The notes under the pieces were generated by a model. That model ran no database searches. It was not told the DNA's origin and was given only the letters and a program-made list of their open reading frames with translations. Shown piece after piece: positions 38,602 through 46,632 of a stretch of DNA of 64,000 nucleotides. The position numbers and the translations under genes are program-made. Location of the stretch: assembly GCA_965208125.1 (NCBI GenBank), contig OZ242320.1, forward strand, positions 4,576,001 through 4,640,000, written 5' to 3'. How positions within the stretch are numbered: position 1 is the stretch's first letter; the number at the start of each line of letters is the position of its first letter. The stretch is from Candidatus Latescibacterota bacterium. GTDB lineage: Bacteria > Latescibacterota > UBA2968.

Positions 38602-40029
38602 ATGAAGCGTAGAGAGTTTCTCGGTGTCGTCGGTGCCGGTGTATGTGGGGTGGCGGTGGCTAATGCGTTTGGTCAAGTTACTTCTAAGCGTCCCAAACAA
38701 CCCAATTTTATTTTTATGGTTTCTGACGATCAGGGGTGGGATGGCCTTTCGGTGCAGATGCACGATGCGATTGCCGGTTCAAAGAGCGATTTTTATCAGA
38801 CCCCTAATCTCGAGAAACTGGCACAGCAGGGCCTGCGCTTTTCGGCTGCTTATTCGCCTTCGCCTGTCTGCTCGCCAACGCGATGCAGTCTTCAAACAGG
38901 CAAGAGCCCGGCGCAGAATCGCTGGACAAAGGCATCCCCTATCCTGACTGCCGCAGATGGCCGCAAACTCATCCCGCCGATGCATGGCAGAGATCTTTCC
39001 AGTGATGAGATAACCATTGCTGAAATGTTGAAACAGGCCGGTTATACCACGGCACATTATGGCAAATGGCATCTCGGTGGCGGTGGACCGGGAAACCACG
39101 GTTATGACGTACACGATGGAAATACGGGCAACGGGAATGCGGCTCCTTTTGTCGATCCCAATCCTGTAGATATATTCGGTATGTCCCGGCGTGCCAATGC
39201 GTTTATGGAGGAGAATACAAAAGCTGGTAAGCCGTTCTTTATTCAGTTGTCTTATTATGCGCTGCACTATCCCCAGAATGCGCTGGCGAGTACGCGGCAG
39301 GCATACGAAAATCGACTGAGAGGGCGCAGCTATCGGGAGATCAACCGTGCGGCCATTACTGAAGATCTCGACACAGGTGTGGGTATGATTATGGATCAAG
39401 TTGAGAAACTCGGTATTGGCGGTCACACATATCTGATTTACATGTCAGATAATGGCGCTGGTGGAAGAGGTCGAGGTGTGTTGCGAGGCGGGAAGGGGTC
39501 TTTGTGGGAAGGTGGCATTCGCGTGCCATTGATCATCCAGGGGCCTGGTATAGAGCCAAATACGTTTTGTGATGAACGCGTGGTTGGCATTGATTTGTTT
39601 CCCACGCTTTGCGAATTGGGAGGTGTGAGCCAGCCGTTGCCAGCGGGTATTGAGGGGGGGAGCATTACATCGTTATTATCCGGTGGCAAGGGCGTGGTAG
39701 AGAGACCCCGTGAGGAACTTGTGTTTCATTTTCCGCATTATCAAAGCGGGGATGGCCCGCATTCGGTAATCATGTTGGGTGATTACAAGCTGATCAAACT
39801 TTATGAGACTGATAAATTGCACCTGTTTGATCTGAGTAAGGATATAGGTGAGGAGAATGATCTGGCAGGTCGCAAACCTGAGGTTGTTGCAAAATTGCAC
39901 GACCAGCTAAATGCGTATTTAGCCTCAGTTGATGCCCAAATGCCCCAGCCCAATCCGTATTACGATCCGAATTGGCCGGTCGGCGGGCGAAGGGGGAGAA
40001 ATAATCGGAGAAGAAGGAATCCGAGATGA
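38602..40029 (+). CDS. Tat-exported sulfatase, near-identical paralogue of 34453, without the tag
   Basis: MKRREFL Tat motif with GGAGG RBS, CSPTR; ends GGRRGRNNRRRRNPR. Confidence 0.93.
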   Translation: MKRREFLGVVGAGVCGVAVANAFGQVTSKRPKQPNFIFMVSDDQGWDGLSVQMHDAIAGSKSDFYQTPNLEKLAQQGLRFSAAYSPSPVCSPTRCSLQTGKSPAQNRWTKASPILTAADGRKLIPPMHGRDLSSDEITIAEMLKQAGYTTAHYGKWHLGGGGPGNHGYDVHDGNTGNGNAAPFVDPNPVDIFGMSRRANAFMEENTKAGKPFFIQLSYYALHYPQNALASTRQAYENRLRGRSYREINRAAITEDLDTGVGMIMDQVEKLGIGGHTYLIYMSDNGAGGRGRGVLRGGKGSLWEGGIRVPLIIQGPGIEPNTFCDERVVGIDLFPTLCELGGVSQPLPAGIEGGSITSLLSGGKGVVERPREELVFHFPHYQSGDGPHSVIMLGDYKLIKLYETDKLHLFDLSKDIGEENDLAGRKPEVVAKLHDQLNAYLASVDAQMPQPNPYYDPNWPVGGRRGRNNRRRRNPR

Positions 40030-40065
40030 TTATCTATTCGTTTTTTTTCATCATTTGATTGGCAA

Positions 40066-40117
40066 TGACGATTTATCCCACGCCTGAAGGCTGTGGGTTT
40101 TACGGGCTATCAGATAA
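40066..40117. mobile_element. IS200/IS605-type end hairpin remnant
   Basis: TTTATCCCACGCCTGAAGGCTGTGGGTTTTACGGGCTATCAGATAA: imperfect palindrome resembling IS200/IS605 sub-terminal hairpins; no tnpA or tnpB nearby. Confidence 0.5.
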
Positions 40118-40148
40118 GCCGGGGATAATAAATTACAGGTGGTGGCAA

Positions 40149-42743
40149 ATGATGAGGCGACAATTGAGGATGTTCGGATTGGTTTTTTGCATGATGAGTG
40201 TGTTGTGTACCAGTTATGCAGAAGGGCACATGCTCTACAGCGATGAAAGTGATGTGACAGATTTCAATGACGACGGAAAAACGGACTTCGTTGATTTTGT
40301 CATGTTTGCGGCTGTATTTGGTTCGCAACAAGTACAGTTCGATTTAAATCAGAATGGTCTGGTGGATTTTCCCGATTTTCTGGTGTTTATCTCTGCATTT
40401 GGACAGCCTGGGGCTGGATCCTCTGGTGGTACAAATGGCGATGCCCCTTTTAGTGCACAAGCATTCCAGCATTTTGCGGATCGGCTGAATATCCGGTGGG
40501 ATGATGATTTTTTATATATCGAGTCCGACGCTTTTCCCGATCACCGCATGATGGTGGGGATTACAGCCTGGAATCAGCAGGTGCCTTTGCCCCAGCCCTA
40601 TCAAGGCGATAATGCTTGGCAGATTCCATTGAAACCCGCGGTTGCAGATGTGCCAGTTTATGCAAGCCAGACGCTGTTTCGGGGGGCTATTGGTCTGGCT
40701 ATTAACGGCGTGCCCATTTTTAATCCCATCAAACAGAATGGCCGCACAGACACGTATTTGGCTGGGGAATTAGATGAATTTGGGGGACATGCTGGTCGTG
40801 CGGACGACTATCACTACCATATCGCGCCGTTGTTTCTTACAGAAAAAGTGGGCGATGCCGTACCCATTGCGTATGCCCTGGATGGCTATCCGATGTATGG
40901 TCTCAATGAACCCGATGGCACCCCGGCAACGAACCTGGACGATTTGAACGGACATTTTGATGCAAATGGAAATTATCACTATCACAGCACGCTGGATTAT
41001 CCCTATGTCAATGGCGGATTTAAGGGCGTTATTGAACTTTTCAGGGGAGAAGAAGTCGCAAATCAACCCCGTACAAGGCCCGTTCGCCCTTCTGGAAGGG
41101 GGATGCGGGCAAATATCACAGATTTTGTGAAGGATATAGATGGCTGGTATCGGCTTACGTATGAGGCAAACGGTGGAACACAGGCGATTGCCTATTTTCT
41201 CAGGCCAGATGGGGATTATGATTTTCAATTTACAGATGCCAGTGGCAATATCACGCGACAGACTTACCGCTCCAATGGGAGTGTTGAGGTAGAAAGTGAT
41301 GCGGGAACGTCAGGCCAGAGCGGTGGGTCTAATGATTCAGGACCTCAGACTGTAACCGATCCATCTGATACAGATTCTGATTCTTTGTTTGTTGCATCCG
41401 AGTTGTTGGGACGACCAACCGACAGATCCGTGACTGTCAATTTGGTTCCATCAGCAGACCTGGAAATTTATCTGGAATACGGAACAGAATCAGGTGTTTA
41501 CACAAATCAGACATCCGTGGTGATGGGGTCACGAAATACACCGATTGAAATTGCGATGGAGGGGTTGCTTTCTGACACGCGGTATTATTATCGAACCCGC
41601 TACCGGCGCGCAGGAGAAACAGAGTTCAAAAGGCGGGGCGAATATACGTTTCACACATATCGGCCACCGGGCACAACATTCACTTTTTCAATTCAGGCCT
41701 GCGCACATTTAGATGGTCGATCCAGCCTGGAACTCTACCATCGCTCGCTGGAAAATGTCGCAGCATATCAGTCCGATTTTCTCATCGATCTCGGTGATAC
41801 ATTTATGTGCAACAAACACTCAGAACCACTTACGGCGACTGTAAGACCCGCACCCGATTACGCAACCGTTGAGCGTCGGTATTTGTACGAGCGTGGGAAT
41901 TTTGGAAAGATTACACATTCTATTCCGCTGTTTCTCGCCAATGGAAACCACGATGGGGAAGAGGGGTGGTCATTGAATGGCACGCCAAACAATGTGGCTG
42001 TTTGGGCTACAATGGCGCGAAAAAAATATTATACGAATCCCGTGCCAGATATGTTCTATTTTGGAGATTCCGATGAAGAGCCGTTTGTTGGTGTGCGAGA
42101 GAGTTATTATTCGTGGTCGTGGGGAGACGCGCTATTTGTCGTGATTGACCCTTATTGGTACACGACAACAAAGCCCAAACGCGGTGGCGTATCGGATAAC
42201 TGGCGCTGGACCCTTGGCGCAAAGCAATATCAGTGGCTGCGGCAGGTGCTGGAGGCGAGTGATGCGACCTTTAAGTTTGTATTTTCACATCAACTGGTGG
42301 GGGGTATTCATACAGGAGAAGGACGCGGCGGTATTGAGATGGCTCCGTATTATGAATGGGGCGGAAAGAATAGAGATGACAGTTGGGGGTTTGACACAAA
42401 ACGCGCGGGATGGTACAAGCCGATTCATCAACTGATGGTAGAGAACAATGTGTCGGCTTTTTTTCACGGTCATGACCATGTGTTTGTGAAGCAGGAATTA
42501 GATGGGGTGGTGTATCAGGTGTTGCCACAACCTAGTAACACAAATTATCGAAATGGTGACAAAATAGCTGCTGAAGGGGGATATTTTAGTGGTACTGTCC
42601 TGGGAAATTCAGGGCATCTGCGTGTGACTGTTTCTCCAGATGATGTTGTGGTGGAATACATCAGAGCTTATCTGCCAGGAGATGAAGGTGCTGGACGGAC
42701 AAATGGTGAGGTGAGCTATTCTTATCGGATAGAGAAAAGATGA
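40149..42743 (+). CDS. Secreted fusion: dockerin/EF-hand tag, YHYH domain, FN3 and calcineurin-like metallophosphoesterase
   Basis: Signal peptide from 40149; DFNDDGKTDFVDF / DLNQNGLVDFPDF; GHAGRADDYHYH, NYHYHST; Ser/Gly linker; DLGD, GNHD, FSHQ, GHDH. Confidence 0.88.
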   Translation: MMRRQLRMFGLVFCMMSVLCTSYAEGHMLYSDESDVTDFNDDGKTDFVDFVMFAAVFGSQQVQFDLNQNGLVDFPDFLVFISAFGQPGAGSSGGTNGDAPFSAQAFQHFADRLNIRWDDDFLYIESDAFPDHRMMVGITAWNQQVPLPQPYQGDNAWQIPLKPAVADVPVYASQTLFRGAIGLAINGVPIFNPIKQNGRTDTYLAGELDEFGGHAGRADDYHYHIAPLFLTEKVGDAVPIAYALDGYPMYGLNEPDGTPATNLDDLNGHFDANGNYHYHSTLDYPYVNGGFKGVIELFRGEEVANQPRTRPVRPSGRGMRANITDFVKDIDGWYRLTYEANGGTQAIAYFLRPDGDYDFQFTDASGNITRQTYRSNGSVEVESDAGTSGQSGGSNDSGPQTVTDPSDTDSDSLFVASELLGRPTDRSVTVNLVPSADLEIYLEYGTESGVYTNQTSVVMGSRNTPIEIAMEGLLSDTRYYYRTRYRRAGETEFKRRGEYTFHTYRPPGTTFTFSIQACAHLDGRSSLELYHRSLENVAAYQSDFLIDLGDTFMCNKHSEPLTATVRPAPDYATVERRYLYERGNFGKITHSIPLFLANGNHDGEEGWSLNGTPNNVAVWATMARKKYYTNPVPDMFYFGDSDEEPFVGVRESYYSWSWGDALFVVIDPYWYTTTKPKRGGVSDNWRWTLGAKQYQWLRQVLEASDATFKFVFSHQLVGGIHTGEGRGGIEMAPYYEWGGKNRDDSWGFDTKRAGWYKPIHQLMVENNVSAFFHGHDHVFVKQELDGVVYQVLPQPSNTNYRNGDKIAAEGGYFSGTVLGNSGHLRVTVSPDDVVVEYIRAYLPGDEGAGRTNGEVSYSYRIEKR

Positions 42744-44101
42744 CCAGATACACACAATGGGCTTTGGGTGCGGTCTTCGCGTTATTTTGTATTTTTAGCC
42801 CAATTACTTTGAAAGCGTCACTGTCTGATTTTGATGGAAATGGCAAGGTCGATTTTGTCGATTTTCTCGCCTTTGCTGGTGCTTTTGGCACCGATCAAGC
42901 CCAATTTGATCTTAATCAAAATGGGCAGGTAGATTTTCCTGACTTTCTGATATTTGTTAGAGCATATGGTGCGAATGATGACACATCCTTACCCGAGCCG
43001 TCTGCATTTTACAAGCTACCAGATGATTGGCAGGTTGTACCTATAGAACAACAAAATTGTGCAAAAGAGGATCTTGTTGGTGTTGATCATGTTTATGTTG
43101 AAACGGCATCAAAATTGTTGGTGTGGCTTACTGGCACGGTTGAGAATGCACATTATGAACCCATTGGTGAGGTGGCAAATTATTTTGGTTTTGCAGCACT
43201 CAGGAACGAGATTCGGGAACGCGATGGGAACAATGCAGATGCCTCTTTTCGGGGTGCAGTCTATAAGGAAGTCTTGGAGCTTTTGGATGATTCTCAACGG
43301 TCGTTTTTATATGAATTATTGGCCGAGCATCGAACGGCAATCAACGGATTTTTGGAAGACCGTGTTTTGTTGGTCGATGAATTGTGGCGTTTAAAAAATA
43401 ACTTTACAATGGACTATGTTCGTGTGATGAACTTAATACAATCAATTGGGGAATACGAAGGTACCATTACGGTCATAACGGCCCAATACTATGCAAAATT
43501 ACTACCTCTTTTAAGCTCTGAACAGGTGCAATACTTAGAAGATATTCGTCGTGGCGTTGTCACCTTAGATCAGATGCAAAATACCTCATTGCCATATGCT
43601 GCAGAAGCAAAAACTCAATTTAACGCACTTAGCCGTGATGATGCTAAATTGATGCAGGAAGTGTCGAGCAAGTTCGTTGCCTGGGCAACGGGTGATTTAG
43701 ATGACGCGCTCTTTTTGCCAAGAGGTAAAATTGGCAACTACTTTGGGTTTTCAAGCTTTCGGTATGTAGATCGAACATCAGTGAGTCGTGGGGGGGCTGC
43801 GGATTTGATTGATCAGGTATTAACCCCAGATCAACAAGCCATTCTTTGTGGTCTCTCGACTAATGTTGTGGGTTATACCCAGGATTATGTTAATGGCCGA
43901 GCGACTTTGATCACGAAATTGGATGCTCTCAAAAAAGATCCTACGCTGCCAGTAGATCATCTTGTAACGGACTATGCTGACCTGGCTGGTCAGGGTGAGG
44001 GCCGCAGAGTAGTGGTAGAAGCATTAACATATCATCTCATAGAGTCTATGATGAGTGCAGAACAAATCCAAAGTCTTAAAGCACTTCGAGTCACAAATTA
44101 A
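42740..44101 (+). CDS. Secreted protein: dockerin/EF-hand tag plus duplicated helical Spy/CpxP-like domain
   Basis: Signal peptide and tag; two repeats of about 190 aa, each with W.TG, NYFGF and two LTxxQ-like motifs. Confidence 0.72.
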   Translation: MTRYTQWALGAVFALFCIFSPITLKASLSDFDGNGKVDFVDFLAFAGAFGTDQAQFDLNQNGQVDFPDFLIFVRAYGANDDTSLPEPSAFYKLPDDWQVVPIEQQNCAKEDLVGVDHVYVETASKLLVWLTGTVENAHYEPIGEVANYFGFAALRNEIRERDGNNADASFRGAVYKEVLELLDDSQRSFLYELLAEHRTAINGFLEDRVLLVDELWRLKNNFTMDYVRVMNLIQSIGEYEGTITVITAQYYAKLLPLLSSEQVQYLEDIRRGVVTLDQMQNTSLPYAAEAKTQFNALSRDDAKLMQEVSSKFVAWATGDLDDALFLPRGKIGNYFGFSSFRYVDRTSVSRGGAADLIDQVLTPDQQAILCGLSTNVVGYTQDYVNGRATLITKLDALKKDPTLPVDHLVTDYADLAGQGEGRRVVVEALTYHLIESMMSAEQIQSLKALRVTN

Positions 44102-44240
44102 ACGATTCAGCTCAATTTTTCTTTGGCTGAAAAAGGGATGGCGTTTATAGAGCGTCAGGTTGGCGCAGGGAGATCTTTCTATGTGCCATTACCTCCATTT
44201 CGGCAGGAGAGAAGACCCGACGCAGAGCCAGAAATCCATA
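44102..44240 (+). pseudogene. Possible decayed internal fragment of a third sulfatase
   Basis: Translates FSLAEKGMAFIERQVGAGRSFYVPL, which aligns with FGMSRRANAFMEENTEAGKPFFIQL of the operon sulfatases. Confidence 0.4.
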
Positions 44241-44257
44241 AGCCTCGCCTAACACGC

Positions 44258-44292
44258 TACGCCGCGCAAATTTGCGCGGCGTATTCTTTTTT
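44258..44292 (+). terminator. Intrinsic terminator of the YHYH/sulfatase operon
   Basis: Perfect 26-bp palindrome TACGCCGCGCAAATTTGCGCGGCGTA followed by TTCTTTTTT. Confidence 0.75.
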
Positions 44293-44610
44293 AGCCTGAT
44301 TTATGCAATTAACCACAGATAAACAGCGTAGCGGACAAATGGGCAAGTGGTACATATTTTTCACATTGCCGACCATTCGTGGTTCAAAATGTACACTTTC
44401 ACATCCGAGATTGTTCTGCGCCAAACAGGCGATCCTTAAATTCAGGTTGTAAACAAGGGGGCAATACGGCATATTGAAGGCATAATAAGGGTATTTGGTG
44501 CTGTCCATACCATTTGTCGCGCGATTCTGTGACATTGGCCTGATATTTGCTTGAGTTCTGATTGTTGCGTTTGTCCAAAATACGACCAACCCTCAGACCA
44601 GGCATCTCAC

Positions 44611-44949
44611 ATGGCCGAATTTGATACGATTTCTAATATTATTTTTAAGGAGGGCATCATGGATCTGATCTGCGAATCATCACTTTTTCAATCCCTTACC
44701 CAGCAAAGCAGAGAGGAAAGTTTTGAACAGGGCATTGAGCAAGGCATTGAGCAAGGCATTGAGCAAGGAGGTAGAGAACGCGCTATTGAGGATATCCTCG
44801 ACGTGCTGGAGATCCGATTTGATCTCCGTCAGACAGATCCCTTATCTGCTCGCATTGCAGCTATTGAAGATTTGCAACGCCTCAAGCAGTTGCACCGTGC
44901 GGCGATACAGGTGTCCAATCTTGATGAATTTGAACGCCTGTTAGATTAA
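44611..44949 (+). CDS. Rpn/YhgA-like family C-terminal module (internally deleted gene or Rpn-short-like protein)
   Basis: EQGI x4 repeat, then ILDVLEIRF..IAAIEDLQRLKQLHRAA; internal AAGGAGG RBS before ATG 44659; no nuclease domain. Confidence 0.7.
   Translation: MAEFDTISNIIFKEGIMDLICESSLFQSLTQQSREESFEQGIEQGIEQGIEQGGRERAIEDILDVLEIRFDLRQTDPLSARIAAIEDLQRLKQLHRAAIQVSNLDEFERLLD
44725..44769 (+). repeat. 12-bp tandem repeat (GAGCAAGGCATT) x about 3.75
   Basis: Directly visible; encodes EQGIEQGIEQGIEQG. Confidence 0.95.
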
Positions 44950-44998
44950 GCGACGTGACGTGTTGCTCCACAAATGGTGTATCCAAAGTGCTTTGAAT

Positions 44999-46615
44999 CT
45001 ATGAATCGCTTCCTGCAGACCATGTATTGCCACCTGCCCGGACAGTTCCTTCTGCTTTTAGAAACTCCGCGCAGTGGATCCCGCCGCCCAGACTGTTGAC
45101 CGATGTGATTTCGTGGCCCATTTTGATTAATCCATTCACAATATCATCGGGCAAGGTACGGGTCACACTTACCGGCTCGTGGGTTTGTACATGCATCCTT
45201 GGACCACTGACAGCCTCGAAGGATGTTGCGCCGTAATCGATGATTTTTTGGGCTGCACGCGCGTTCACAGAGATGATACGCCTGCCGCCTGGCATTCCGA
45301 TAGCTACATCCCGATCTGGAAGCTGAATGATGAGCGGAACTGTATTGTTCAGCGGTCGCTTGAGCGAATCCACGGAATTTTTGCGCCCGGGTCTGGGATC
45401 TAATCTGCACATTCCATGTCCCAGAATGATGCCTGTATCCGGCACCGTAACAAGGGAGCCGAAAGCGCCGCCTTGAGAAATTGTTACGGCCGCCACATTC
45501 CCTTCGGCATCTGCAGAAGAGACGTGGAGCGTACCATCATTTGAATCACCTATTGGCAGTGGCACAAGCTGATCTACCGCATTGGGAAACTGGCACAGTG
45601 TTTCCACGCGACCGGCTGCATAATCTTTGCTCAGCAGTCGCTCGATCGGTACATCCACATGATTTGGATCTGCGAGATGAAGAAGGCGATCTCGCCAGAC
45701 CAGCTTGAGTAGCTCGGCGAATCGGTGCCAGTACTCGACTGTGTCTTCCGGCAGGGGATCGAAGCATTCCCACATGTTGAGCAGTTGCAAGCTGGACAAT
45801 CCGCCGTTGGGCAAAATTGCACCATGCACGGATGCCTCGCGGTAGGTCGTGGTATATGGTTCGGTCACGCCTGGCTTGAAGGCAGCCATATCTTCCATTG
45901 TCAAAATACCGCCAGTGGCTTGAACGTGATCCACTATTTTGTGGCCGATTTCCCCCGTGTAGAAATCCTGCCATCCGGCTTCTGAAACTCTTGCAAGGGT
46001 TTTTTCCATATCGCGGCGGTGCCAGATATCATCTGCTGTTGGGACACGCCCCTCGGGCATCAGGTGTTTCTCTGTTGCTGCAAATCTGCGGATCACTTTC
46101 TGCTGATTTTTGATCGCCCCTGCAGTAGAACCAAAGGGAAAGCCATCCTCGAGTAGCTTCAGCGATGGTGCTACCACATCGGACCATTTGAGTTTTCCCC
46201 ACTTTTCCCAAATGGTGCCCATGCCTGCCATCATACCCGGGGGACCAATGGCGAGAGGTCCATGGACGTTGGCATTGCCCTTTACGCTGCAGTTGTATTC
46301 CTTTTCATTGATGCCTCCGGGGGTACGCGTTGGCAGGATGGTGTACATGTGTTCGTGAGCCGCTTTGGGCGAAATTGAATTGGCGTCTATCGACCAGACT
46401 TTGCCCGTGGTGCCTTCCAAGATCACGGCACACAGTACATAACCACCCACACCCGTAGATTGTGGCTGTAACATGCAGCATGCCATACTGGTTGCCACCG
46501 CTGCATCAAAGGCGTTGCCGCCCTGTTCGAGTATTCTCGCACCGACTCTTGCCGCCTCTGGAGGCCCGGCTGCAACTGCTCCTGTTGTGCTGGTAACTTC
46601 TTGTCCCTCAGTCAT
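44999..46615 (-). CDS. Gamma-glutamyltransferase family Ntn-hydrolase
   Basis: GGNAFDAAVA, GVGG, PG, FYTG, GTLHVS nucleophile Thr, FGS, PGG; no signal peptide. Confidence 0.9.
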   Translation of the reverse strand: MTEGQEVTSTTGAVAAGPPEAARVGARILEQGGNAFDAAVATSMACCMLQPQSTGVGGYVLCAVILEGTTGKVWSIDANSISPKAAHEHMYTILPTRTPGGINEKEYNCSVKGNANVHGPLAIGPPGMMAGMGTIWEKWGKLKWSDVVAPSLKLLEDGFPFGSTAGAIKNQQKVIRRFAATEKHLMPEGRVPTADDIWHRRDMEKTLARVSEAGWQDFYTGEIGHKIVDHVQATGGILTMEDMAAFKPGVTEPYTTTYREASVHGAILPNGGLSSLQLLNMWECFDPLPEDTVEYWHRFAELLKLVWRDRLLHLADPNHVDVPIERLLSKDYAAGRVETLCQFPNAVDQLVPLPIGDSNDGTLHVSSADAEGNVAAVTISQGGAFGSLVTVPDTGIILGHGMCRLDPRPGRKNSVDSLKRPLNNTVPLIIQLPDRDVAIGMPGGRRIISVNARAAQKIIDYGATSFEAVSGPRMHVQTHEPVSVTRTLPDDIVNGLIKMGHEITSVNSLGGGIHCAEFLKAEGTVRAGGNTWSAGSDS

Positions 46616-46632
46616 ATTCAATTTTTCCTGTG

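Noticed and set aside
34573-39765. Diversity-generating retroelement template/variable repeat pair
   Set aside because: Differences are not adenine-specific, both copies are full genes, and no reverse transcriptase is present.
44258-44283. Perfect palindrome as a REP or mobile element end
   Set aside because: Single copy in the window, followed by a T tract after an operon; a terminator is the simpler explanation.
44725-44769. Tandem repeat as a CRISPR array
   Set aside because: 12-bp in-frame coding repeat without spacers; no cas genes present.
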